Virus record (IMG/VR): IMGVR_UViG_3300045988_026745 | DNA: 62,363 bases | Source: a virus | Strand: one strand, 5' to 3' | Part shown: in pieces, positions 51,711 to 59,932 of the stretch | How the letters are laid out: each line of letters begins with the position of its first letter | Position numbering within the stretch: the stretch's first letter is position 1 | Notes under the pieces: generated by a model | Databases searched by the model: none | The model's input: only the letters and a program-made list of their open reading frames with translations | What the model was told of the DNA's origin: nothing | Made by a program: the position numbers and the translations under genes

Positions 51711-51944
51711 CTAAATAAACTCTCTTGGATAATTACGTTCGTACACGTCCTTTCTCGACTCCTGATACATCGCTAGTAATTTATTAAACATCTCAACAAA
51801 TTTCTGCGGTGTAATATAGTTTTCAAGCATACCCCATTCAAGTATTGCATAACGTTTATCATATTCATCTTCACTCATACGCCTCTCGCCAATAGGTTCT
51901 AAAACCCGCTCTAAGTCTTTCTCATATTCTTCACGTGTGACCAT
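51711..51944 (-). CDS. Hypothetical protein (77 aa)
   Basis: ORF track. Confidence 0.65.
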   Translation of the reverse strand: MVTREEYEKDLERVLEPIGERRMSEDEYDKRYAILEWGMLENYITPQKFVEMFNKLLAMYQESRKDVYERNYPREFI

Positions 51945-51948
51945 ATCT

Positions 51949-52575
51949 CTACCCCACTACTAAATATCCAGCACCATACTTGCTGCCTCTAAACCAATTT
52001 TTCTGATTCTCTACACCAGACACACCATGTAAAGCTTTCTTGTTGATCTGAGTAGCAAGTGTAGTACCCTGGACCTTTCCATAAGTAGCCATTCTAACCT
52101 TATCTCCTTTTTCGTTAAATCCCAGGAACACAACAGTATGTATCGGGTCCTTCTGTTCAAATAAGACAATCTTACCATTTCTCAAAGCTCGTCTGATTCT
52201 CTTCTTAGCTGCCTTATTATTCCGACCAGTCAATGGATACCATCTAGCATGTGTGCCACCAGATATCTTATTAATAAGAGCCTTACATCCAAATACGCTC
52301 AACTTACTTCCATTGAACCCGCCAATATGTTTCTTAGCGTATTGATATAACTCAAGTGGGTTCCAAGCTGTACCGTCTTTCTGCTTAACTCCTAAGAACT
52401 GCAACGCAATGCTAGAGGCCGCCATACTACATCCATGTTTAGTACAAAAGCTACCGAACTGGTGTGAATCCGGAATCAAGACATTCTGTCCGTTATCATA
52501 AATAACTCTTACAGGATAGTTCTTGTTATTATCCTTGTTTTTGTTCTTTTTAATCTTTGTGATTTTTTTAGCCAT
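51949..52575 (-). CDS. Putative papain-like (C39-like) cysteine peptidase (208 aa)
   Basis: Track ORF to 52656. I prefer ATG 52575 after 'aaggaggactaatagt'. Candidate Cys in 'KHGCSMAASSIAL' and His in 'DPIHTVVFLG'. Confidence 0.4.
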   Translation of the reverse strand: MAKKITKIKKNKNKDNNKNYPVRVIYDNGQNVLIPDSHQFGSFCTKHGCSMAASSIALQFLGVKQKDGTAWNPLELYQYAKKHIGGFNGSKLSVFGCKALINKISGGTHARWYPLTGRNNKAAKKRIRRALRNGKIVLFEQKDPIHTVVFLGFNEKGDKVRMATYGKVQGTTLATQINKKALHGVSGVENQKNWFRGSKYGAGYLVVG

Positions 52576-52579
52576 ACTA

Positions 52580-52756
52580 TTAGTCCTCCTTACAATATTT
52601 CGGCATCGTAACCTCAACAATATACATACCTTTAGATGACCCTGGTTCAATCGCATGTATATAAGTATTCGTGTAACCCTTTGGTCTGCATTTAGGACAA
52701 TTTATCTCCTCCTCAGACCAAATCTTGATTTCTGTCGCAGTGTCTCTGTGTTTCAT
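52580..52756 (-). CDS. Small CxxC protein (58 aa), hand-called
   Basis: 'gggaggataatt' precedes the ATG. Starts MKHRDTATEIKIWSEEEINCPKCRPKGYTNTYIH... Confidence 0.45.
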   Translation of the reverse strand: MKHRDTATEIKIWSEEEINCPKCRPKGYTNTYIHAIEPGSSKGMYIVEVTMPKYCKED

Positions 52757-52769
52757 AATTATCCTCCCA

Positions 52770-52967
52770 TTACTTACTTAATAACATAAACTTCACCCAT
52801 TGTGGCATATCTGACGTACCAACGATATAGAACCAAGCTACTGATCCTACTACTGCTCCAATCAGCATCATAGTTGTGCCGATTTTAAATGTTATCTCAG
52901 ATATTGAGCAGAAATCAATAAATATCCCGACAAAAAATAAAACAATACCAATAATTAAAGCAACCAT
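52770..52967 (-). CDS. Small two-TM membrane protein (65 aa)
   Basis: ORF track. Strongly hydrophobic. Confidence 0.65.
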   Translation of the reverse strand: MVALIIGIVLFFVGIFIDFCSISEITFKIGTTMMLIGAVVGSVAWFYIVGTSDMPQWVKFMLLSK

Positions 52968-52979
52968 TGTTTCGCCTCC

Positions 52980-53162
52980 TTAAAAATGTTTTAAAGCTAA
53001 TATAACGCAAACAAAACAAAATACAACAATAGCAAAACCAACATATCCTAATGTGAAAGAATCGAATATTCGTTCTATTATAGTTTGTCGAGGCTCAACA
53101 AGAAGTAATATAAAGTATGTTAATATACATACAATAATATACAGTTTTAATAACGCTATCAT
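52980..53162 (-). CDS. Small two-TM membrane protein (60 aa)
   Basis: ORF track. An 'aaggaggtggatt' SD precedes it. Confidence 0.65.
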   Translation of the reverse strand: MIALLKLYIIVCILTYFILLLVEPRQTIIERIFDSFTLGYVGFAIVVFCFVCVILALKHF

Positions 53163-53185
53163 AATCCACCTCCTTAAAAAATAAA

Positions 53186-53222
53186 AAAGAAAAGACCCAA
53201 CGTAATCTCTACGCTGAGTCTA
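53186..53222 (-). terminator. Intrinsic terminator (sequence family shared with 60465..60497)
   Basis: Minus strand: GACTCAGCGTA-GAGAT-TACGTTGGGTC hairpin (11 bp) followed by TTTTCTTTTTTATTTTTT. Confidence 0.7.
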
Positions 53223-53228
53223 ATCTTA

Positions 53229-53375
53229 TTAATGTAATAACAATGCTGGTAAGAATATAATTGCATCTGTAATCAAACCAAGTGCTCCAAAAACAACCCA
53301 CATAAGAATTTCTTCTCTCAGGGCGGTTTTGTTCACCTCAATTTCATATGTAACAATATCGTCTTTTTTCTTCAT
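53229..53375 (-). CDS. Small membrane peptide (48 aa), hand-called
   Basis: 'gaaaggagatgataac' precedes the ATG, directly after module copy 10. Translation: MKKKDDIVTYEIEVNKTALREEILMWVVFGALGLITDAIIFLPALLLH. Confidence 0.5.
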   Translation of the reverse strand: MKKKDDIVTYEIEVNKTALREEILMWVVFGALGLITDAIIFLPALLLH

Positions 53376-53390
53376 GTTATCATCTCCTTT

Positions 53391-53422
53391 CTCTCATTAA
53401 AGGAGTTGTTTTTTACGCGATT
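53391..53422 (-). promoter_or_regulatory. Conserved promoter-like module, copy 10
   Basis: Minus strand: AATCGCGTAAAAAACAACTCCTTTAATGAGAG. It runs straight into the SD of 53229..53375. Confidence 0.45.
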
Positions 53423-54200
53423 AATATGATGTTAATGCCTCTTCCAAAACATCCCTTTGATGAGCTAATCCCTGTCTAGCATTAATAGAATTATCATCTA
53501 AACCAGCAGCACTCATAATCAATTCAGAATATGAAAGAGACTCAATCCACTTACAGAATTCTCTCCATTCATCCAACTTATGATTCTTACGAGACTTATA
53601 AATATTCGCCAGGACTTCATAATTCATCATGACATTTCTGGTCTGGTTATAACTACTCGGAAGAAGCTGAATCATCTGCCACCAATACTGTTTGTCTTTA
53701 GTTTCAACGAATCTTCTTCTATCCCTGTTCAAATGATGAATTAGATGTTCAAGCCATTCTATATTACTTATTTCAGCACTTCTATCATCATTTAAATGCT
53801 CGATACTGAAATCCTCCAGCGTAAATTCCTTCTCCTGAATCTTATGCATAGTTGAGCAAGAGTTTGCAACAGTACCAACCTTGTAAGTATCAAACTCTTT
53901 CCACCAATATAAAGGCGCAGTGATTCGCACATATACCGGCATCATTCGCATATACTTTCTATGGTCTGTACCAGCTTTGGATAAGCGCTGCATGAGCGAA
54001 TGGTCATTGCCACCTAGATAAAAATCGCCATTGTACATACAACGATTTGGGTGGTTACATGTTCTACACTGACCAAATTCTTTACCAGCACAACAATTAC
54101 TATCACTCTTCTCCCAAGAATTCATAGGATTTCTCATTCCCTGAATAATAAACTCCATCTGCTCCGGACTTGCCAGAACTACGTGCTCTAATTTAATCAT
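53421..54200 (-). CDS. ThyX-fold-like protein lacking the ThyX catalytic signature (259 aa)
   Basis: 'VYVRITAPLYWWKEFDTYKVGTVANSCSTMH' parallels ThyX '[30 protein letters not shown]', but RHR is TYK and S-x-RY is STMH. Confidence 0.45.
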   Translation of the reverse strand: MIKLEHVVLASPEQMEFIIQGMRNPMNSWEKSDSNCCAGKEFGQCRTCNHPNRCMYNGDFYLGGNDHSLMQRLSKAGTDHRKYMRMMPVYVRITAPLYWWKEFDTYKVGTVANSCSTMHKIQEKEFTLEDFSIEHLNDDRSAEISNIEWLEHLIHHLNRDRRRFVETKDKQYWWQMIQLLPSSYNQTRNVMMNYEVLANIYKSRKNHKLDEWREFCKWIESLSYSELIMSAAGLDDNSINARQGLAHQRDVLEEALTSY

Positions 54201-54216
54201 TACAATTCTTATCCTC

Positions 54217-54501
54217 CTAAACCAAATAAACCAGCATTACGATATAATGTAATAACTGGTCAGTCACATAATTAATTTTGTTGTATCTAGCTTTTAACGG
54301 ATCAATTGCCATATGCGTAATAAATATAAATGGTAGCTGCCAAGTCAATCCAAATACAATGAAGAATGGTAAACAATATAACGCACAATGTACAAACAAA
54401 TGATACCAATTCTCTCCTTTCGTTTTTGCTATGAAATCCGACTGAAGTACATAGTCGCCTATTAAATGACAAAATATCAATGTTATTATTAATTTAATCA
54501 T
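54217..54501 (-). CDS. DUF3307-like membrane protein (94 aa)
   Basis: 'FCHLIGDYVLQSDFIAKTK' plus several TM helices. Confidence 0.6.
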   Translation of the reverse strand: MIKLIITLIFCHLIGDYVLQSDFIAKTKGENWYHLFVHCALYCLPFFIVFGLTWQLPFIFITHMAIDPLKARYNKINYVTDQLLHYIVMLVYLV

Positions 54502-55234
54502 CCTTCTCTACCTCCTCACTCAGTTTGATTCCTAAAATATCAAATCTGTTTCTAATTTCTTTAGCGAGCTGTTCGCCATATGACTGTGCAGCTTTCATTA
54601 TGTCGTTGTATGATAATATAGCCGACTCAGAAGTACTCGCGTTATCGTCTACTTTTAACTCAGGAATCCACTTCTTGAATTCTTCATAATAGTTACCTTT
54701 GTTTCCCATAGCTTTCTTACAAATAGCCATAGCAAGACCTTTCTCTTCATCAAATATGTCATAATCACCACATTTAGCAACCGTCTTAGTGTTATCGCTC
54801 CAGAATACAATAGTCGCTGGGTCATTGAATATAACTTTGGTGATAGCACATTCAGGCTTACTAATATCAACGTCAACTGCTGGAAATACATCTGAATGTA
54901 GACCAACTTTCATTCTTACTTTAGCATGCGGAATACCATATCGTTCTCTAAGAAGAGTGACAATATCTTTCATCATCATTTTATAAGTTTCTTTGTTAAT
55001 ACATGGCACATCACCATCAAAATCTCCTACTCCCCAAGGATATCGTCCGGAGTTTCTTGGTAAAGCGCCTAAATTGTGTGGATCTACCATGTCGGTACCT
55101 ACATAACAAGCCCCAGTGCCGAATATTGCGTTCAACTGTCTTTTAACATATTCATTCCATTCCTGAGCAATCTGCTCGTCGTTTTCTTTCATTGCTTCCA
55201 TAAACTGTTTTGCTTTTTCTAAATCATAACTCAT
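54494..55234 (-). CDS. Hypothetical protein with 'SGRYPWGVGDFDGD' motif (246 aa)
   Basis: ORF track. Motif at 55010..55051. It shares 'R.SGRYPWG.G' with the N-terminus of 45732..48629. Confidence 0.75.
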   Translation of the reverse strand: MSYDLEKAKQFMEAMKENDEQIAQEWNEYVKRQLNAIFGTGACYVGTDMVDPHNLGALPRNSGRYPWGVGDFDGDVPCINKETYKMMMKDIVTLLRERYGIPHAKVRMKVGLHSDVFPAVDVDISKPECAITKVIFNDPATIVFWSDNTKTVAKCGDYDIFDEEKGLAMAICKKAMGNKGNYYEEFKKWIPELKVDDNASTSESAILSYNDIMKAAQSYGEQLAKEIRNRFDILGIKLSEEVEKDD

Positions 55235-55245
55235 AATTTATCTCC

Positions 55246-55779
55246 TTACTTACAATAAACTCGCTGCTCCACGTCTCCACCCTGAACAGTATAAGACTGC
55301 ATAACACACTTCTTCTCGTCGTCCCAATATAAAGAATCAAGAATCCAATCAATTTCATCCTGAATATCTTTATCAGTCATTTTCATAACTTCGTAACCCT
55401 GAAGTCCTACATTTTGTCTAAGTTTCTTCATAACAGTAGCGGACCAGCGTCTGAATTTACGTGCTTCAAGTTTTCTACTAGCAAACAATGCTTCATAGAT
55501 TCCAAGTTCGTTAACCGCAAGCATCCAGAACGTATTCTTAGAATTTACAACATCGTTTGAACCGTCCTCGTAATTTTCTTTATACTTTGTTGGTCTATTT
55601 CTTTCTCCTTCGACTGGAACTCTTTCCATCATATCCGGATCTAATCTCTGAGATATATCTTTACTTCTTAATCTCAAAGCATCACAAATATCTTTAAGGA
55701 TCGCATACCATTCTCCATTAATCTCTACAAAGCGAATTTCATGTCCGCACCAACTTTCTGTTCTCATATTGTTACTCAT
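55246..55779 (-). CDS. Bro-N domain protein (antirepressor-like), 177 aa
   Basis: 'HEIRFVEINGEWYAILKDICDALRL' is a Bro-N signature. Confidence 0.65.
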   Translation of the reverse strand: MSNNMRTESWCGHEIRFVEINGEWYAILKDICDALRLRSKDISQRLDPDMMERVPVEGERNRPTKYKENYEDGSNDVVNSKNTFWMLAVNELGIYEALFASRKLEARKFRRWSATVMKKLRQNVGLQGYEVMKMTDKDIQDEIDWILDSLYWDDEKKCVMQSYTVQGGDVEQRVYCK

Positions 55780-55806
55780 AGTTTATCTCCTTTCTTTTAA
55801 CTAAGC

Positions 55807-55998
55807 CTAATCCACATACATAATCATAGCTCTATCAACAATCACACCTTCAAGTGTAGCTCCGGTGTACTGATTAAACTTCGTACCCACATACATAGAT
55901 TGGTATTTAATATCCTGGATTGCCTTATCCACACAAAAATCATTTACCATTCTTTCTAAATCTTCACTGTTAGTTGCTCCAAATACTTTAATCTTCAT
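55807..55998 (-). CDS. Hypothetical protein (63 aa)
   Basis: ORF track. Confidence 0.6.
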   Translation of the reverse strand: MKIKVFGATNSEDLERMVNDFCVDKAIQDIKYQSMYVGTKFNQYTGATLEGVIVDRAMIMYVD

Positions 55999-56010
55999 AA
56001 TAATTTCTCC

Positions 56011-56355
56011 TTATCTAATGATCTCTACATGTGCTGTATATGTTTTGTGAATAGGTATCTCAGTGAAAATATCAACATGATCGCCTTTAACTAAGCCGCC
56101 GACATCTACTGCTAAATACTCCTCACCATCAATAAGAATCTTACTCCCAAGAGGAATAACATCAGGGTCAACAGCAACAGTGTATAAATTACTGCTTCTT
56201 ACTCCAGTCGCCGTCTGATGACCCCAATTATCTTCTCCAGGCCAGTAGTAAGTGACTTTAAAGTCTCCCATATTTACATTGGCCTTAGCTGTCATTGGCG
56301 TAAGACTAAATATTGATGCTGTCAACAGAGTCCCTATAATTGCTTTCTTAATCAT
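56011..56355 (-). CDS. Secreted 3D-domain (MltA/RlpA-like barrel) protein (114 aa)
   Basis: Signal peptide '[25 protein letters not shown]'. '[38 protein letters not shown]' is a 3D-domain pattern. Confidence 0.65.
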   Translation of the reverse strand: MIKKAIIGTLLTASIFSLTPMTAKANVNMGDFKVTYYWPGEDNWGHQTATGVRSSNLYTVAVDPDVIPLGSKILIDGEEYLAVDVGGLVKGDHVDIFTEIPIHKTYTAHVEIIR

Positions 56356-56518
56356 TCTTTTCTCCTTTAATTAAATTGAAATATAAATCTTCGTCGAGTT
56401 CATAAGTATTAAAACGATGTTTGCAAACTTTACATTCACGCCGTCTTTTAATGAGGCCATCCTCTTTAAGACGACTGTCTATTACCTTTGTATTACTATT
56501 GCATATCGGACAAGTCAT
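56348..56518 (-). CDS. NrdR-like zinc-ribbon-only protein (56 aa)
   Basis: Track ORF to 56593. I prefer ATG 56518 after 'gagaggtgaactt'. '[40 protein letters not shown]' parallels the NrdR N-terminus. There is no ATP-cone. Confidence 0.55.
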   Translation of the reverse strand: MTCPICNSNTKVIDSRLKEDGLIKRRRECKVCKHRFNTYELDEDLYFNLIKGEKND

Positions 56519-56522
56519 AAGT

Positions 56523-56684
56523 TCACCTCTCTTTGGGCTTGAAATGAATTGGCTTATGGGAATATAAATTAACCCATGTCTCAAGACATTCATTACACGG
56601 ATCTTTAACGTCTTCTGTATCCCAATACTTACATTTCTTACAATACTGATCGAAATATACTTCCTGGTTACCTTCTTTATCCAT
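56523..56684 (-). CDS. Small 2x CxxC zinc-ribbon-like protein (53 aa), hand-called
   Basis: 'agaaggggtgact' precedes the ATG. Translation: [53 protein letters not shown]. Confidence 0.45.
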   Translation of the reverse strand: MDKEGNQEVYFDQYCKKCKYWDTEDVKDPCNECLETWVNLYSHKPIHFKPKER

Positions 56685-56686
56685 AG

Positions 56687-56863
56687 TCACCCCTTCTTTC
56701 TACCACTATATATTGCAATATCTGATTCAATTTCATTAATATTAATATCTTTTCTTGATTTGAAAAATGGGCATTCGTTACTGTCAGAATATTCTTCTGC
56801 TAAAACTACACAGTGATTATATCTATATCCAAAACAGTCAAAATATCGAGAACGTTTATTCAT
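56687..56863 (-). CDS. Small hypothetical protein (58 aa), hand-called
   Basis: ATG 56863..56861 lies just after the stop of 56866..57216. Starts MNKRSRYFDCFGYRYNHCVVLAEEYSDSNECPFF... Confidence 0.4.
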   Translation of the reverse strand: MNKRSRYFDCFGYRYNHCVVLAEEYSDSNECPFFKSRKDININEIESDIAIYSGRKKG

Positions 56864-56865
56864 AT

Positions 56866-57216
56866 TTATTCCTCCTTTTTAACAAGTTTGTCTATACAAC
56901 TTTTAACATAGTCTATAGCAGCGCAATATCCGTAGGTCCATGCGTCTTTTAAAGCTTCGAACTGTTCGTCGGTAAGCCCTGTTAAACTGTGATTAGCCGC
57001 AATATCATTTAAGCGATTATCAAGATCGCTACAAGATTCCGGCAAAGGACAATCGTTGCTACTCTCTAAAACATTTACAGCTTTATGAAGAGCTATAATG
57101 TTCATAAGTGCGCCTATGCTCTTTCCATTACCTCTTGGTTCTTTGTAGCTTTCTAACATTTTTCTTATTAATGTAGCATCTTCTTTGTTTGACAATGTGC
57201 TATTTATTTGTCCCAT
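56866..57216 (-). CDS. Hypothetical protein (116 aa)
   Basis: ORF track. Confidence 0.7.
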   Translation of the reverse strand: MGQINSTLSNKEDATLIRKMLESYKEPRGNGKSIGALMNIIALHKAVNVLESSNDCPLPESCSDLDNRLNDIAANHSLTGLTDEQFEALKDAWTYGYCAAIDYVKSCIDKLVKKEE

Positions 57217-58460
57217 TTCGTAAACTTCCTTTCATTAAATTTCTTTTTTTGTGCAAGCGCTTTGGATATGGCTAGATCAATACCCGATCTACTTTTTAGA
57301 TGATAGTAATATAAATCTCTGTAAGGAGTGTTCATCCTATCTATTCGTCCTGACGCTTGCTGCATAACTTTATAACTGTAATTTTGTGAGAAGAATATAA
57401 TAGTGTCTGTCCGAATACAATTCCAGCCTTCGCAGCCTGCTGTATACTGAACTAAATATATCCATCTTTCACAATTAGGTACCTCTTGGTGAGCGTGTCC
57501 AGACCACTCTGCAATCTCATATCCTACATATTCATCATCGCAAGTTAGATGGAGCAACATATCCCGCTCATAGTCGAAATTGTAGAATATAATAGCCCTA
57601 GGCGTCTTCTCAAGGATCTCCATTAAAGCCACAATTCTTGAATCGTCCTCATTTACAATTCTTCGCAATACATAACAAAGACCAGCTGCCTGCTGAATAG
57701 GCTCATTTTTAAACGGGTCCCATCTAGTCCTTATAGCTTCCTTATATTTGTGTACATCGTACTTAACATAAATATCCTCATGGTGAGGTATAGTGCCTCT
57801 ATGAAAATCCATATCTACTAAGATTCGATTTCTGAGTCTAATCAATCTTCCAGTATTCAAATATCTATCTACCTGAGGCCACTTAGTAAATCTTGAGTAA
57901 ACAATATGCTCTCTCTGGAATTCAGTTTTATTCTTATAGAACCCGTTGGCAATAAACACTGGAATATAATCACTCCAACAATCTCCGGGAGTGGCTGAGA
58001 GAATAATCCAATTATTATTTTTAGCAATCTTATAGAACGCCTTAACCCATGCTCCTGATCCACACACTCTATCTTCGTCAAATATAAAGAAAGCTCCTGA
58101 CACATCAACGTATTTCTTGATGTTATTCCAGGAGTCAACTACAATCTTATTTCCATAGAACATGTTTCGGTCTGGATCAGTTGATAATAAGAAGTTAGCA
58201 AGCTCACCCTCCCATTCGAGAGAGTCTCGTTTCATAGCCGTAGTGATAATATAAAGGTCCTGTGGTCTTTGCTTCATAGGAATATGATTTGGAAGCATTG
58301 CTCCGCCATTCTCTTTGAAGTAGTAATATAAACCGGTCCTACTTTTACCGGACCCCACACCACCGTTGAGAATACACCCATTCCTCATTTTGTTTACCGC
58401 ATCCATCTGATAATCTCTTAGAAAAGGTTCTACTTTACTCACCATCTCTAGCAACACCAC
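57204..58460 (-). CDS. Superfamily-2 (SNF2/DEAD-like) helicase (about 413-418 aa)
   Basis: 'LRDYQMDAVNKM', Walker A 'NGGVGSGKSRTG', 'FFIFDEDR' (DExx) and C-terminal 'QASGRIDR'. The start is either 58460 (GTG) or 58445 (ATG). Confidence 0.8.
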   Translation of the reverse strand: MVLLEMVSKVEPFLRDYQMDAVNKMRNGCILNGGVGSGKSRTGLYYYFKENGGAMLPNHIPMKQRPQDLYIITTAMKRDSLEWEGELANFLLSTDPDRNMFYGNKIVVDSWNNIKKYVDVSGAFFIFDEDRVCGSGAWVKAFYKIAKNNNWIILSATPGDCWSDYIPVFIANGFYKNKTEFQREHIVYSRFTKWPQVDRYLNTGRLIRLRNRILVDMDFHRGTIPHHEDIYVKYDVHKYKEAIRTRWDPFKNEPIQQAAGLCYVLRRIVNEDDSRIVALMEILEKTPRAIIFYNFDYERDMLLHLTCDDEYVGYEIAEWSGHAHQEVPNCERWIYLVQYTAGCEGWNCIRTDTIIFFSQNYSYKVMQQASGRIDRMNTPYRDLYYYHLKSRSGIDLAISKALAQKKKFNERKFTKWDK

Positions 58461-58626
58461 CGCACCATTTACCTGTGTAATAATTACATTTAACCTGAAT
58501 CGTCACATGATTATATCCCTCTGGATTGATCGCTTTAAGTGACTCGTCAAGCTTATTCATGCCATCAACATATTTACAAACACCTTTATGTCTACAATTA
58601 TCAGCACAATCAAATCTAATTTTCAT
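58435..58626 (-). CDS. Cys-rich small protein (63 aa)
   Basis: ORF track. 'FDCADNCRHKGVCKY...VKCNYYTGKWCGG'. Confidence 0.6.
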   Translation of the reverse strand: MKIRFDCADNCRHKGVCKYVDGMNKLDESLKAINPEGYNHVTIQVKCNYYTGKWCGGVARDGE

Positions 58627-58644
58627 AATTAAACCTCCTTGAAA

Positions 58645-58672
58645 AATATAAAAGGCCCTCCGAAGAGAGCCC
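58645..58672 (-). terminator. Intrinsic terminator with a UUCG loop
   Basis: Minus strand: GGCTCTC-TTCG-GAGGGCC hairpin followed by TTTTATATTTTTC. Confidence 0.7.
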
Positions 58673-58692
58673 TAGTCACTAATGTAGTGGTT

Positions 58693-58848
58693 TTACAGTA
58701 ACCTCGTTGTTGCCTCGATTTCTTTTTTCTCTTCAACGGTTGGGATTACAATCCCTGTAGTAAGTTTTTTATCGATACTCTCAAGATGTTTACCAATCTT
58801 CTGTAAAGCTTTTAAAATATCTTTATCGTATTTATCATGTTCAGCCAT
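58693..58848 (-). CDS. Small hypothetical protein (51 aa), hand-called
   Basis: 'ggaggttatt' precedes the ATG. Starts MAEHDKYDKDILKALQKIGKHLESIDKKL... Confidence 0.45.
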   Translation of the reverse strand: MAEHDKYDKDILKALQKIGKHLESIDKKLTTGIVIPTVEEKKEIEATTRLL

Positions 58849-58857
58849 AATAACCTC

Positions 58858-58965
58858 CTAACTCTGTCTCAAATATCTAATCAACAGCCAGATCAACCAT
58901 AACCCGCCGGTTAAGAACACCATAACAAAGTCGAATATCAACCCCAACATTCCACGTTTTTTCAT
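58858..58965 (-). CDS. Small membrane peptide (35 aa), hand-called
   Basis: 'ggagaatgactt' precedes the ATG. Translation: MKKRGMLGLIFDFVMVFLTGGLWLIWLLIRYLRQS. Confidence 0.4.
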   Translation of the reverse strand: MKKRGMLGLIFDFVMVFLTGGLWLIWLLIRYLRQS

Positions 58966-58968
58966 AAG

Positions 58969-59238
58969 TCATTCTCCTTTCAATATTAATTTATGTTTTC
59001 CGGCACTGTTTCTTAGTACCTTGAATCCAAGACTTTTAATATAATTTACACCTTTGTTATACTCAACAATTTGTTTTGGGTTTCCTTTCGTGTATATAGC
59101 CCGCATATTGTCGAGATTCTTTTCGAACTCAACTTTTCTCCCAGCTATTTCCATCCTAGAGTAATCTTTAAATTCTGATGATTGTTTCCAAGCATTAAAA
59201 ACGTCATTTAATATAGTTTCAGCCTGTCCCATATTCAT
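58969..59238 (-). CDS. Hypothetical protein (89 aa)
   Basis: ORF track. Confidence 0.65.
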   Translation of the reverse strand: MNMGQAETILNDVFNAWKQSSEFKDYSRMEIAGRKVEFEKNLDNMRAIYTKGNPKQIVEYNKGVNYIKSLGFKVLRNSAGKHKLILKGE

Positions 59239-59414
59239 TCTCCTTTCTTAACGGTAGTTAACTTCTTGTATAATGCAACAGCCTCTTCGCCATCGAAAGC
59301 ATTCACGATTTCCACAGACTGATTTGGTTTCTTTCGTCCGACAATCAATACTGCATTGTTTTCACTAGCAGATAAGTCAATGCTTACTAATAAAGTGTCT
59401 GTTATTGATTTCAT
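59235..59414 (-). CDS. Small hypothetical protein (59 aa), hand-called
   Basis: ATG 59414. Starts MKSITDTLLVSIDLSASENNAVLIVGRKKPNQ... Start/stop overlaps with both neighbouring genes. Confidence 0.45.
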   Translation of the reverse strand: MKSITDTLLVSIDLSASENNAVLIVGRKKPNQSVEIVNAFDGEEAVALYKKLTTVKKGE

Positions 59415-59415
59415 C

Positions 59416-59928
59416 TCATTCTCCTTTCTCCAGAATATCCATAACTCTACTACGCTCTTTTTCTATACCGTCATGTAAACCTTCTTTATATCCACGCCTA
59501 AATATTCCAGCTTGCGCGGTAGCTGTATTATAACGTTCAAAAATATCGATCCCGTATTCTTTCATTATTCTTATTAACTGAATAGCTTGGACCAACTCTT
59601 CTTTCTCCACAACAATGTTAGATGTACTAAGCCCAAAGTCACGTAATGTCTGAAATATAAATTCATCTTGAGTTTCTGCCACTCGCATACTTACCTGTCT
59701 GATTGTCTTGGAAATTTCGTCGGCAATGTCGCTATCGGTTTCGCTATACGAACCTGATTGGTCGAATTTTTCATTGCAATCTGCTAAAGGTGAATTCTCT
59801 TCAAACCCTGCGCCGGATATAACCCAATTCGTTTTAGCCATCTTGTCGATACAGATTAAACTGAAAGACATTCCAACGATTGCGCCAATAGTGTATTCTA
59901 CATTTTTTAAATCAAATTTAAGTTTCAT
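59416..59928 (-). CDS. Hypothetical protein with N-terminal TM (170 aa)
   Basis: Track ORF to 60093 overlaps the SSB-like gene by 160 nt. I prefer ATG 59928 after 'ggaggattaataca'. Confidence 0.65.
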   Translation of the reverse strand: MKLKFDLKNVEYTIGAIVGMSFSLICIDKMAKTNWVISGAGFEENSPLADCNEKFDQSGSYSETDSDIADEISKTIRQVSMRVAETQDEFIFQTLRDFGLSTSNIVVEKEELVQAIQLIRIMKEYGIDIFERYNTATAQAGIFRRGYKEGLHDGIEKERSRVMDILEKGE

Positions 59929-59932
59929 TGTA

